DNA of 64,000 nucleotides from Polyangiaceae bacterium (GCA_965222375.1 CBDCTZ010000008.1:416001-480000); one strand, 5' to 3'; positions 55,014 to 64,000 are shown, numbered from the stretch's first letter. Translations and numbers: made by a program. The notes: a model not told the origin generated them from the sequence alone.

Positions 55014-55691
55014 GTGAGACGAGTTCCGACTTCGGCTGGCCTCCTCGCGGTCCTCGTCTTGGTTGCGTGTCGCAAGGCACGGTCAGATCCAGCGTCGAAG
55101 ACGCCAGACTCACCCGTCGCGACGGCGACAGTCCCAGAGGCAGCCGCGACGGCGCCGGAGGACAGCCCACCACCACCCGCGACAAAGCCTACTCCACAAG
55201 AAGAACCCGACCATCGACAGCCGCCCGAAACGTCGACCAACGCCTTTGGCGATCGGGTTCCCGTGCACTTCGACATCGAGGGCATGTTGGAAGCTGCGCT
55301 GCCGAGCCGATGGCGGGCGGGCGCAGAGGCCAGGATCTTGTCCTGGCTGATCCAAATCGACGAACGGCCGCTGCTGGTCGAGCAAGTGCTGCTCTGGATC
55401 ATGGTCGCGCCGAAGAACGCTGCGCCGAGCTACCGGCTGGTCAACCTCTTTCGCCACCCCGTGGGTGGCTGGAGTGGAAACAAGCGCTGGCGCTTGTGGA
55501 TGCGCTCCCGTTCACCCCCTGGGCTGCAGAGCTTCGCAGCGCCCCCAACGCTGGCCGAGCTCGACAAATTCACCTCGCGCACCGACTGGGACTACGACGC
55601 GAGCAGCGGTTTCGATCTGGTGGACGGCCAGGTCTGCGCCGGCGCCTGGAAGAGGAGCTTTGGCACCCCGCCAAAGCACAGCTTCCCGTGA
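55014..55691 (+). CDS. Putative lipoprotein of unknown function
   Basis: GTG 7 nt after TATCAT; lipobox LVAC; Pro-rich tether; Trp-rich globular domain. Confidence 0.65.
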   Translation: MRRVPTSAGLLAVLVLVACRKARSDPASKTPDSPVATATVPEAAATAPEDSPPPPATKPTPQEEPDHRQPPETSTNAFGDRVPVHFDIEGMLEAALPSRWRAGAEARILSWLIQIDERPLLVEQVLLWIMVAPKNAAPSYRLVNLFRHPVGGWSGNKRWRLWMRSRSPPGLQSFAAPPTLAELDKFTSRTDWDYDASSGFDLVDGQVCAGAWKRSFGTPPKHSFP

Positions 55692-55718
55692 TGGGCGTTG
55701 CGGCTGCGGCGCGGGCAC

Positions 55719-56840
55719 CTACTTCATGCCACTTCGCACTGCATCGATTACTTGGGACACCTGGTCAGCGCTGAGTGCCGGGTGAACGGGGAGCGCAAGC
55801 AGTTCCCTAGAGAGACGCTCTGCCACGGGGAAGCTGCCCGGCGCGTAGCCAAGATCGGCGTTGGCCGCCTGCAGATGCAGCGGTTTCGAGTAGTAGACAG
55901 CAGTCTCGATGCCGCGCGCGGCCAGGTGCTTGCGCAGTCGGTTCCGCATCGGTGCGGGCACAGCAAGGGAGTAGGCCGCGTAGACGTGGTTCGCGCCTGA
56001 GCCCACCGTCGGCACCCGAGCTCCCGGCAGCTGGCAAAATGCGGCGTCGAAGCGTTCGGCAACGGCTCGGCGGCGGGCGATGGCATCGTGAACGTCTGGC
56101 AGCAGGATGCGCAACAGGGCGGCCTGAAGCGCATCGAGGCGGAAGTTGCCCGCGGTCGCACGCGCCTCGCCGTCTTCGACTGCGTGTTGGCGCAAGGAGC
56201 GGGCATAACTTGCGATGACTGGATCGTTCGTGGTCGCAAGGCCAGCGTCGCCGAAGGCGCCCAGCACCTTGGCGGGGAAGAAGCTGAAACACGCCGCGTG
56301 ACCCGCGCAGCCGATTCGCAGGCCGCCATCGCCCCGCTGCATCTCCCCGCCGAACGCCTGCGCCGCATCCTCGATGAACACTAGCCCTCGAGAGTCACAC
56401 AGCGCTCGCAAGCCTGCGGCGTCGCAGGGTTGACCGAAGAGATGCACGCCGATCACTGCACGCGTCTTTTCGGTGATGGCGTGCCGCACCGAGCTAACTT
56501 CCAGAACGTAAGTATCGGCCCGGACATCCACGAAAACGGGACAGGCACCGATGCGCCGCACCGCCTCTGACGTCGCGATGAAACTGTAGGCCGGCGTGAC
56601 CACTTCGTCCCCCGCCCCAACCCCCAGCGCGCGAAGCGCTACTACGAGGGCGTCACTGCCACTCGAGACGCCGACCGCATGATCTACGCCAAGGAACTCG
56701 GCCGCTTCCGCTTCGAAACATTCGACTTCGGGCCCGAGGATGTAGCGGCCCGATTCGATCACGCGACGAGCTGCTCTGCTCAGGGCGTCTAGACGCGACG
56801 CGTACTGTCGCACGGGGTCGAAGAGGGTGATGGGAGCCAC
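55719..56840 (-). CDS. DegT/DnrJ/EryC1/StrS family sugar aminotransferase
   Basis: YILGPEV, SSGSDAL, GDEVVT, VHLFGQ, IEDAAQA, SFFPAKVLGAFGDAG, NFRLDALQAA, LPVHP. Confidence 0.93.
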   Translation of the reverse strand: MAPITLFDPVRQYASRLDALSRAARRVIESGRYILGPEVECFEAEAAEFLGVDHAVGVSSGSDALVVALRALGVGAGDEVVTPAYSFIATSEAVRRIGACPVFVDVRADTYVLEVSSVRHAITEKTRAVIGVHLFGQPCDAAGLRALCDSRGLVFIEDAAQAFGGEMQRGDGGLRIGCAGHAACFSFFPAKVLGAFGDAGLATTNDPVIASYARSLRQHAVEDGEARATAGNFRLDALQAALLRILLPDVHDAIARRRAVAERFDAAFCQLPGARVPTVGSGANHVYAAYSLAVPAPMRNRLRKHLAARGIETAVYYSKPLHLQAANADLGYAPGSFPVAERLSRELLALPVHPALSADQVSQVIDAVRSGMK

Positions 56841-57006
56841 GGCGGGCCCAGAGCATACCGCGACAGGTGCGCTGCCTCTCGGCGGCTCTTGATCACGGGC
56901 AAACGATTGAAATCCGTGACCCTCCAAGCGCCGCCGCACATTCCACCGCCAGTGAAATGGTCGCCGGCACGGCCGCGGAGTGCGTCGCGGATGATCCGAT
57001 TGCCTT

Positions 57007-57035
57007 TTGCCTAAACCGCCTGCTCGGCCTAGCGT
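57007..57035 (+). promoter_or_regulatory. Sigma70-type promoter, leaderless architecture
   Basis: TTGCCT-N17-TAGCGT-N6-ATG(57042), no SD. Confidence 0.55.
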
Positions 57036-57041
57036 CGCCAC

Positions 57042-58043
57042 ATGCTGTCGCTGACCGTCGCCGCCGCGGCGTTCGTCACGAGTCTCATCTTGACGCCCAT
57101 CGCTCGAGCGCTCGCGGTGCGCCATGGCCTCTTGGACCTGCCAAACGAGCGCAGCTCCCACGAGCGACCCACGCCGCGAAGCGGTGGCTACGCGATCGTG
57201 GTCGCGATGGTGCTAGGCGTGGCCGTCTCCGGTAGCCTTCGGGCTGGGTGGATGATGCTAGTCGGCGCAGCCGTCGGAGTTGCGCTGACGATAGCCGCCG
57301 TGGACGAACGCCGTCCGCTTCCCCGCTGGAGCAGGCTGGTGGTGCAAATCGGGATCGCCATTGCGCTAGTGGCGAGCGCGCCGCTGGTACTTCCCGGTAT
57401 CCCGAGTGCGCTCGGATGGGGGATTGGAACCGTATGGATTGTGTATTCAATCAACGCCTACAACTTCATGGACGGTCTGAATGGCATCGCTTCCGTCACG
57501 GCCGTCGTGTGTGGCACCACCTTCGGATTGATGGCGCTAGCCAAGGGAGACGCTCCCGCCGCCGCCCTGGCCTTCGCAAGCGCCGGTGCCTGCGCCGGGT
57601 TCTTGCCGTTCAATCTGCCCAGCGGCTCCATCTTCATGGGCGACACCGGCAGCGCCACACTCGGTCTGATCTTCGGTGCTCTGGTACTGCGATTGATCTC
57701 GGATGGCGTCTCACCAGTCGCGAGCGTGCTACCGCTGGCGCCCTTCTTCTTGGACGCCGGGCTGACCATTCTGCGGCGGATGCTGCGCGGGGAGCGGTTC
57801 TTTTCCACGCCTCACCGCGCCCATTTCTATCAGCGAATGCAGCAGCAGGGGTTCACGCACGCCGCTGTGGCCGGCGTGTATGGATTGCTGGCGCTTGGCG
57901 GCGCAGTCCTGGCGCTCTTCTTCGACAGCCTGTCCGCCGGGGCTGCCGCCGCGACGACTGTCGCGTTCGGCGCTTTGCACATCGTCATCTTCTTCTGCAT
58001 CGAGACCGGCTGGCGCCGGTCGCAGCCGGCCGCCAACCCCTGA
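57042..58043 (+). CDS. MraY/WecA-like undecaprenyl-phosphate sugar-1-phosphate transferase
   Basis: DLPNERSSH.RPTPRSGG, NAYNFMDGLNG, IFMGDTGS, HRAHFYQR. Confidence 0.92.
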   Translation: MLSLTVAAAAFVTSLILTPIARALAVRHGLLDLPNERSSHERPTPRSGGYAIVVAMVLGVAVSGSLRAGWMMLVGAAVGVALTIAAVDERRPLPRWSRLVVQIGIAIALVASAPLVLPGIPSALGWGIGTVWIVYSINAYNFMDGLNGIASVTAVVCGTTFGLMALAKGDAPAAALAFASAGACAGFLPFNLPSGSIFMGDTGSATLGLIFGALVLRLISDGVSPVASVLPLAPFFLDAGLTILRRMLRGERFFSTPHRAHFYQRMQQQGFTHAAVAGVYGLLALGGAVLALFFDSLSAGAAAATTVAFGALHIVIFFCIETGWRRSQPAANP

Positions 58044-58082
58044 CCTTCACTTGCGTTATTCTCCATGCTAGCGTCCGCGGCG

Positions 58083-58850
58083 ATGGACCTCAGCTACAAG
58101 GAACAAACCACGAAGCTGCAAAATCGAATTCGCGCGCACAAAGAGTTCGCGAACTTCGATATCGAGTCTTGGATCGACACGTACTTGGGACGCAAGCCCC
58201 GACGCAACATCCTGGATGTAGGATGTGGCAGCGGGAATCATTTCGGCGTCTACCTGAAGCATGTCGGCTCCGATGGCCGCGTCGTCGGCGTAGACCGAGA
58301 AGCGGCCCTCGTCGAAACCGCTCGCAAGGAGCACGCCAGTGCAGACAATGTGGAGTTTATCGTCGGCTCCATGGACGACCCGCTCCCATTTCCAGATGCG
58401 TCTTTCGACATCTGTCTATCGAACTTCGCCATCTACAACGCCTCGGACGTTCCGAGCACGCTTCGTGAGATCCGTCGGGTGCTCCAGCCGGGCGGTGAGG
58501 TCGTCCTGATTGGTCCCACGGCCAACAATGCTCGCGAAATCTACGAGTACAACCAACGACTGACGGGCGTCGCGATCGACGAAATCACCCGTATCCGCAC
58601 CGACCGGTTGCGGCGAGAGATCCTGCCAATCGCCAGCGAAGTCTTCGGGAAGATGTCGGAAGAGGTCCTGAACTCCTTCCTCCAGTTCCCAAATGCAAAC
58701 GAGTTCCTCACCTACTTCAAGTCCACCATGGCCTATGAAGAAACGGCCGAAAAGCGGGGCGTCACCAACGAGCAAATGAAGGCGGCCCTCGACGGAAACC
58801 CCCTAATCATCTCCAAGGAGATGCTTGCGATCTTCGGCACCAAGGCGTAG
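58083..58850 (+). CDS. Class I SAM-dependent methyltransferase
   Basis: ILDVGCGSG, VVGVD, LPFPDASFD, RVLQPGG. Confidence 0.9.
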   Translation: MDLSYKEQTTKLQNRIRAHKEFANFDIESWIDTYLGRKPRRNILDVGCGSGNHFGVYLKHVGSDGRVVGVDREAALVETARKEHASADNVEFIVGSMDDPLPFPDASFDICLSNFAIYNASDVPSTLREIRRVLQPGGEVVLIGPTANNAREIYEYNQRLTGVAIDEITRIRTDRLRREILPIASEVFGKMSEEVLNSFLQFPNANEFLTYFKSTMAYEETAEKRGVTNEQMKAALDGNPLIISKEMLAIFGTKA

Positions 58851-58869
58851 CCACACCCGGCCGGCCCCC

Positions 58870-59550
58870 ATGAAGAAGCTCCTAGTAATCGCACCACACC
58901 CTGACGACGAGGTTCTTGGTTGCGGAGGCACCATCGCCCGTTTCTCCAAGGCGGGCGGCGAGGTTCACGTGCTGACGGTCGCCGCGCACATGCCGCCGAT
59001 CTTCCCGGAAAGTGTGCACCTGCAAACCTTGGCGGAGGCACGCCGCGCCCACGCACTTCTCGGTGTGACGCGTTCGCACTTCATGGACAAGCCAGCCGTG
59101 CTGCTGGATCAGACGCCGGTGCACGAACTCAATGCCGCGGTAAAGGCAATCGTCGACGAAGCATCACCCGACGTTCTTCTCCTGCCCTACTGCGATCGGC
59201 ACATCGACCACCGTCAGATCTTCGATGCAGCGTTGGTTGCGGCACGGCCGGTCGGCACCGGCCGCGCAATCCGAATGGTCGCTGCCTATGAGACGCTTTC
59301 CGAAACCCACTGGAATGCCCCGCACGTCGAGCCGAACTTCACCCCCAATTGGTGCGTGGATATCGGGGACACCTTGGAACTCAAGTTGCAGGCGATGCAG
59401 TGTTACGAAAGCCAGGTCCATCCATTTCCAGCGCCCAGATCCTTGGACGCCCTGCGCGCACTGGCCCTTTTTCGAGGAAGTCAGGCCGGAATGGGTTACG
59501 CCGAAGGCTTCCACGTGCTGCGGCTCTCCGCTCCTGCGGAACTACTTTGA
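58870..59550 (+). CDS. PIG-L / LmbE family deacetylase
   Basis: IAPHPDDEVLGCGG, DRHIDH, YETLSET, YESQ, AEGF. Confidence 0.92.
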   Translation: MKKLLVIAPHPDDEVLGCGGTIARFSKAGGEVHVLTVAAHMPPIFPESVHLQTLAEARRAHALLGVTRSHFMDKPAVLLDQTPVHELNAAVKAIVDEASPDVLLLPYCDRHIDHRQIFDAALVAARPVGTGRAIRMVAAYETLSETHWNAPHVEPNFTPNWCVDIGDTLELKLQAMQCYESQVHPFPAPRSLDALRALALFRGSQAGMGYAEGFHVLRLSAPAELL

Positions 59551-59574
59551 CGTGCACCAGTTCGCCTCAGCGCC

Positions 59575-60747
59575 CTAGCAGTCCAGGCGCGACCCATTCT
59601 TGGCGATGCCCTTTTTGCGCAGCAGAGTCGAGTAGGCCGCGTCCACCCGTTCAACGACGCGCTGAATGTCGTACTCCTGGCGCGCAGCATGACGATTGTG
59701 ATCTCCAATTCGCGATCGAAGCGTCGCATCGCTCGCCAGGTTCAGCATTGCTTCTGCCAGGGCTTGGGGATCACGCAGGGGGGTAAGCAAGCCCCAACCC
59801 GGCCGAACGACGTTGCGGCAACCCCGTGCGTCACTCGCGATCAGAGGCTTGCCCATCGCTGCACCTTCGATGAGCACGCGAGGGATGCCTTCGCGCCAAG
59901 ATGGCAGGACCACGACGTCGCACGCCGCAAACAGATCAGGCATGTCTTGGCGCTCGCCCAACAGCACAACGCCCGCGCGCCGCGCGCGGTCGAGAGTGCC
60001 GCGGTCGATCCCGAGACCGCGCTCGGTGTCTTCTGGACCTGCAATGGCCACGCGCACCGCCGGGTTCTTCCGCCTCGCCAGTACGTGCGCCTCGAATAGT
60101 TCGACAAATCCTTTCTCACACACGAGCCGACCCGCCGAAAAAAAGAGCACTTCGCCGGGCTTGACGCCCATTTCTCTTCGAAGCTCCGAGCGCCGCTGGC
60201 CCGTAGTGTGATCCGGGTCGAAATGGCTCAGATCCGCACCGTTCCCGATCAAGTCGAGCCTGCGCGGTGAGGTTCCCCGTGTCTTGACCAGAGTGTTGTA
60301 GTCATCTTGTGATTGGACAAACACGTGGTCGGCCACTTCGCTGGCGATGCGTTCGAGGGCAGCCACGCCAACGCGAACCGGCAGCCGGCTGTCCAGCGAG
60401 TAAATCAAGCCATTGTGAGTGTGAACCACAATCGGAGCCCGCGCAGCGACGGCGATGACGCGCCCTAGCAGTCCGATCTTGGCGTTGTGGGTGTGGACGA
60501 TGTCGAATCGATGCCCGCGCAGCGTGCGGTATAGATTCCGGATCGCGGCCGCGTCGTGCTTGCTCAAGATCTTGCGCTCGATCTCGTGTGGCAACCAATG
60601 GACGCCCGCGCGCTCGACCTCAGCCACCCGCGGGCCGGGCGGACAGATGCCGAACACCTCCCAGCCACGCTCGATTAGCGGTCGGAGGTGCGGCAGGGAG
60701 AGTGCTAGCCCCAAGTCTGCAGACCAGACATGTGCCAAACGGATCAC
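59575..60747 (-). CDS. Glycosyltransferase family 4
   Basis: DIVHTHNAK, GNGADL, AGRLVCEKG, LPSWREGIPRVLIEG; GTG start 60747. Confidence 0.92.
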   Translation of the reverse strand: MIRLAHVWSADLGLALSLPHLRPLIERGWEVFGICPPGPRVAEVERAGVHWLPHEIERKILSKHDAAAIRNLYRTLRGHRFDIVHTHNAKIGLLGRVIAVAARAPIVVHTHNGLIYSLDSRLPVRVGVAALERIASEVADHVFVQSQDDYNTLVKTRGTSPRRLDLIGNGADLSHFDPDHTTGQRRSELRREMGVKPGEVLFFSAGRLVCEKGFVELFEAHVLARRKNPAVRVAIAGPEDTERGLGIDRGTLDRARRAGVVLLGERQDMPDLFAACDVVVLPSWREGIPRVLIEGAAMGKPLIASDARGCRNVVRPGWGLLTPLRDPQALAEAMLNLASDATLRSRIGDHNRHAARQEYDIQRVVERVDAAYSTLLRKKGIAKNGSRLDC

Positions 60748-60945
60748 GGTTGCGAAGCTAGCGGACCAACCAGTTCGCCGCAAACATCCGAATCGAGAAC
60801 ACAGGCCTCCATTGACTGTGCAGGCGGTGCGCCGCCACATGCTTGGCGATACCTGGGCGCCCCAGACCGCCACGCTGGGTTCCTCACAAAGCAAAGGGGC
60901 CGCGCGCGATGCGCGACCCCTTTTGCTCACTCTGTTTCGCCGAAT

Positions 60946-62520
60946 TCAGCGACGACGACGACGGCGAGTCACGCCTAGTGCGGCCAGTGCAGCCAGCATC
61001 CAAGCATGTGGCGCCGCCGGAGCCTGCGCTGGGACGTGACAGCTGCAGCCGCCATCATCCTCGGAGCTGCCGCCCGTGCTGCCACCTGGACCGCCATCGG
61101 CGCCGGCATCGGTATTGCCCGTGCCGCCAAAGCCGCCAGTCGTGCCAGCTGTACCGCCAGTGGCTACACCCGCGCTGCCACCAGTGGCGGCTCCCGCACT
61201 GCCACCAGTGGCTGCACCCGCGCTGCCGCCAGTGGCTGCACCCGCGCTGCCGCCAGTGGCTGCGCCCGCGCTGCCTCCGGTCGCTGCACCCGCGCTACCA
61301 CCAGATCCCGCGGACCCTCCGCTGGCGCCGGCTGAGCCGCCAGACGCGCCGGCTGAACCACCGCTACCGGCTGCGCCACCGCTCGCTCCTGCCGAGCCGC
61401 CCGCACCGGCCGAGCCGCCACTGCCACCAGCACCGCCTGTCCCACAGTTCGGGATGGGCGTGTTCACGCAGTTGCCACTGGGCTCTGCACAGCTATCGGT
61501 CGTGCAGGGATCGTTGTCGTTGCAATCCTTGGGCGTGTTGACACAGCCCGCTCCTGCCGAGTCGCAGCTGTCCGCGGTGCAGGCCTTCTTGTCGTCACAG
61601 TCCAACTTCGTGTTGACGCACTTGCCGTCTGCGGGGTTGCAGCTGTCTGCGGTGCAAGCGTCTTTGTCATTGCAGTCGACCGGGGTGTTTGCGCAGCCGG
61701 TGACCGGATCGCAACTCTCTGCCGTACACAGGTTCTTGTCGTCGCAGTCCTTCGCACCGCCAGCTTTGCAGGAACCACCTGAGCACACATCGCCTTCGGT
61801 GCAGGCGTTGCCGTCGGAGCAGGGGGCGGTGTTGAAGGTCTGCGTGCAGGCGCCGTTGACCGGATTGCAGCTGTCATCCGTGCAGACGTTGCCGTCGTTG
61901 CACTTGGTGGCCGGCCCGGAGATGCAACCTGAACCACCAGAGCACTTGTCCCCGATAGTGCACTGGTTGCCGTCGTCGCAAGTTGTGCCCGAAAGCGCGA
62001 ACGAATCGCGACACACCGAAGCATCAGTTGGGTCGCACGACTTGTACACGCAGTTGTCCGCGCCAAACTTGCAGGGGCTCGCGACGACGGTGCAAGTGCC
62101 CGCTCCATCGCATGCGCCCTCGCAGGAATTGGAGGTGGCGCCAGGACGACAGGCCGCTCCCTTGGCCGCGGCTGCATTAGCGATGCACGCACCATTGAAG
62201 CAACTATTGGCGCAATCTCCAGCGCCCGGCCCGGATGCGCACGCGGATCCATTGATGACGGCGGGGTTGCCCAGTGCGAGACAAATGGGGCCCGCAGGAT
62301 TGCCCCCGTACCAGCAATGTCCCTGGCATTCCAGCTTCGGTCCAAGGGGTCCATCTGGATCGCAGGGCAATCCGAAGGTGTTCAGTGTGCATGAGCCGAT
62401 GATCGCCTCCTGCGTCTGCGCGACGTTCTCTTCGTTCGTAGGCTCGTCGCTGTCACCTGCGCCGCATGAAACGACAAAGGCGGCCCCTAATCCCGTCAGT
62501 AGCAATCCCAGCTTTCTCAT
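60946..62520 (-). CDS. Cys-rich surface protein with CDDGNxCT/CTxDSC repeats and MYXO-CTERM-type tail
   Basis: GGAGG RBS, lipobox-like VVSC, multiple C[DN]DxxxCTxD[SK]C units, (ATGGSAGA)n linker, GGCSC + TM + RRRRRR. Confidence 0.85.
   Translation of the reverse strand: MRKLGLLLTGLGAAFVVSCGAGDSDEPTNEENVAQTQEAIIGSCTLNTFGLPCDPDGPLGPKLECQGHCWYGGNPAGPICLALGNPAVINGSACASGPGAGDCANSCFNGACIANAAAAKGAACRPGATSNSCEGACDGAGTCTVVASPCKFGADNCVYKSCDPTDASVCRDSFALSGTTCDDGNQCTIGDKCSGGSGCISGPATKCNDGNVCTDDSCNPVNGACTQTFNTAPCSDGNACTEGDVCSGGSCKAGGAKDCDDKNLCTAESCDPVTGCANTPVDCNDKDACTADSCNPADGKCVNTKLDCDDKKACTADSCDSAGAGCVNTPKDCNDNDPCTTDSCAEPSGNCVNTPIPNCGTGGAGGSGGSAGAGGSAGASGGAAGSGGSAGASGGSAGASGGSAGSGGSAGAATGGSAGAATGGSAGAATGGSAGAATGGSAGAATGGSAGVATGGTAGTTGGFGGTGNTDAGADGGPGGSTGGSSEDDGGCSCHVPAQAPAAPHAWMLAALAALGVTRRRRRR
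61140..61440. repeat. Coding tandem repeats (24/21-bp; ATGGSAGA / GGSAGAS)
   Basis: Repeated GCACCCGCGCTGCCGCCAGTGGCT-type units. Confidence 0.8.
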
Positions 62521-62659
62521 CTTTTCCTCCGTTGGGCGCCCCCGGCAGCGCCTCTTGATAAGCAAACAAGTAATTCTTACACCAAACCCTAGAGCGCCGC
62601 CTGTTCGCATCCGTTGTCAAAAAATAACCCTTAAGATTCCAATACTTATGCACGGCCCC

Positions 62660-63712
62660 TCAGCGCTTCGCGCAAGCACCCAATCCTGCAGCCGCGGGCA
62701 AGACCTCCCGCGCCGCGAGCACGCACGCCAACCCTCGCGTGAAACTCGCCGTGTCCCGATAGTCGAGGTGCGCCTGGTCTGGCACTTCGAAGTCGCCCAG
62801 CGCTGGGTAGTCACCAGCACGAATGAACGGGCTCCGGGCTCGGGAGGCGATCGGATCCCAATACAGCTTCCGCGGATAACGCTCGTCTAACGAACGACGC
62901 ATGAGACGACCCATCGGCATGCGCAGGAACACCACCTTGCCACCCCGATCCCAGATCTTCTGAGCCATCGCCTCCACTTCCGCAGTCGCTTGCAACCACT
63001 GCTGTGGCGTCGTGTCGGGGTATTTAGCGGCAGCCACTCGCTTCGCTTGCTGTGCTTGGAACGCTTTCAGGTCGTCGATCTTCTGGAAGTCCGCGTGCTG
63101 GGAGCGGTCAGGAAAGGTGATCACATGGTACGGCGCTCGGAATCGTCGCCTCGTCAACGCGACCGCTCCGATCTTCGCTAGGTTCAAGAACGGTCCGGCC
63201 ATCGCCAAGTGGGTCTGCACAAACAGCGACGCGCGCAAGTTCCAGGCCGAATCCAACGGTCCGCCGGCGCGATACTGCCGGACCAGGTATTCCTGAGAAT
63301 CCCAAAACTTCCGTTCCAGACTCCACTCCGTCGCGTCGCAAATCACAATCCCACGGAATGAATCGTCTGACGCCAGGTCCCGAAGTGCCGCCACGGGCTG
63401 GGTACCGTTTACCGCCAGTTGCACCGGCGTGTGATCCGGATACAGCCGCCGAAACTCCTGCATCGAAAAACCGAGCTCGATGCGCGAACCGCCCAGGAGC
63501 ACCACCGTCTTGTCACCCGCGCTGGTGGCCTGGGCACGCCAATGGGTCCACAGCGCAGCGTCATCGGCGACCGACGGCGCGTGCCCCTGGGAGCGAGCAA
63601 GAGCCTCTAGGCCGACTAGCAAACCCACAGCAAGCACGAGCCCGAGGACCCACGCCTTCACCCCAGAGTCGCCGGGCGCAACCGTATTAGAACTGGAAGT
63701 AGATGAAGGCAC
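62660..63712 (-). CDS. SGNH-like partner of an MBOAT O-acyltransferase (AlgJ/DltD-like)
   Basis: N-terminal TM, LLGGSR, DQAHL (DxxH); overlaps the MBOAT stop. Confidence 0.65.
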   Translation of the reverse strand: MPSSTSSSNTVAPGDSGVKAWVLGLVLAVGLLVGLEALARSQGHAPSVADDAALWTHWRAQATSAGDKTVVLLGGSRIELGFSMQEFRRLYPDHTPVQLAVNGTQPVAALRDLASDDSFRGIVICDATEWSLERKFWDSQEYLVRQYRAGGPLDSAWNLRASLFVQTHLAMAGPFLNLAKIGAVALTRRRFRAPYHVITFPDRSQHADFQKIDDLKAFQAQQAKRVAAAKYPDTTPQQWLQATAEVEAMAQKIWDRGGKVVFLRMPMGRLMRRSLDERYPRKLYWDPIASRARSPFIRAGDYPALGDFEVPDQAHLDYRDTASFTRGLACVLAAREVLPAAAGLGACAKR

Positions 63713-64000
63713 GGTCGTCTCCCGACATGTTTACGATCCCAACCAGCATTGCGGCCACGGCGACCGCTCTGACCGGCCACCGAGTGCGACCGGCCAATTC
63801 CGACAGTACGCGGCCGCGCATCCACCATTGGTAGGCAAGGATCGCCCCGGTCAAGCCCACCGTAATCACGACGTCTTCGCCGCGCACCATCGATCTGCCA
63901 AAGCCAGCCAGCCCCAGCATGGCCCGAGTCACCGTGAAGGCTTCCCCGAACGTGTCAGCGCGAAAGAAGACCCATGTGACACAGACCAACCCGAAAGTGA
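63687..64000 (-). CDS. MBOAT family O-acyltransferase (AlgI-like), C-terminal part; runs off the window
   Basis: VCVTWVFFRA...FIYFQF C-terminus typical of the AlgI/PatA group. Confidence 0.85.
   Translation of the reverse strand, partial: TFGLVCVTWVFFRADTFGEAFTVTRAMLGLAGFGRSMVRGEDVVITVGLTGAILAYQWWMRGRVLSELAGRTRWPVRAVAVAAMLVGIVNMSGDDRAFIYFQF

Noticed and set aside
61076..62890. 604-aa + strand ORF
   Set aside because: Antisense shadow of the Cys/Gly-rich MYXO-CTERM-type gene; common in high-GC DNA.

Overview
High-GC bacterial chromosomal window, almost certainly from Myxococcota and probably Polyangiales. The basis is MYXO-CTERM-type tails, Gly/Cys-rich lipoproteins, a Hanks-type Ser/Thr kinase and an IgGFc-binding-domain protein. 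Most of it is core genome: mlaF-mlaD, pyrF, a TrmH-family methylase, a cysteine desulfurase, lnt, lgt, lspA, leuS-lptE-like, coaE, folD, MrfA/MrfB-like repair genes, cyaY, ileS, thiG/thiE-like, cheW-cheR, an acyltransferase, glycan-modification genes and a partial AlgI/AlgJ-like pair. I saw no rRNA, tRNA, CRISPR array or intact transposase/integrase. Highlights: (1) A ~210-bp structured repeat with compensatory base changes occurs as a tandem pair upstream of leuS and as a partial third copy directly behind a 5'-truncated four-helix-bundle (bAvd/IVS-like) gene. Both loci start with the same hexamer tract, so this is a candidate small element or protein-RNA module. (2) An accessory island (51.5-55.7 kb) has two divergent genes without signal peptides that share a GCAACT-N14-CCGA promoter-like motif. 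One is an NlpC/P60-like enzyme, and each is followed by a candidate immunity gene. (3) IleRS has KESKS in place of KMSKS, followed by a ~110-aa insertion resembling a double-psi beta-barrel. (4) The separated mrfA- and mrfB-like genes each carry a LexA-like box at the start codon. (5) There is a parS-like site. (6) Many genes have an apparently leaderless promoter architecture. All family assignments come from motif recognition by eye; no database search was run.
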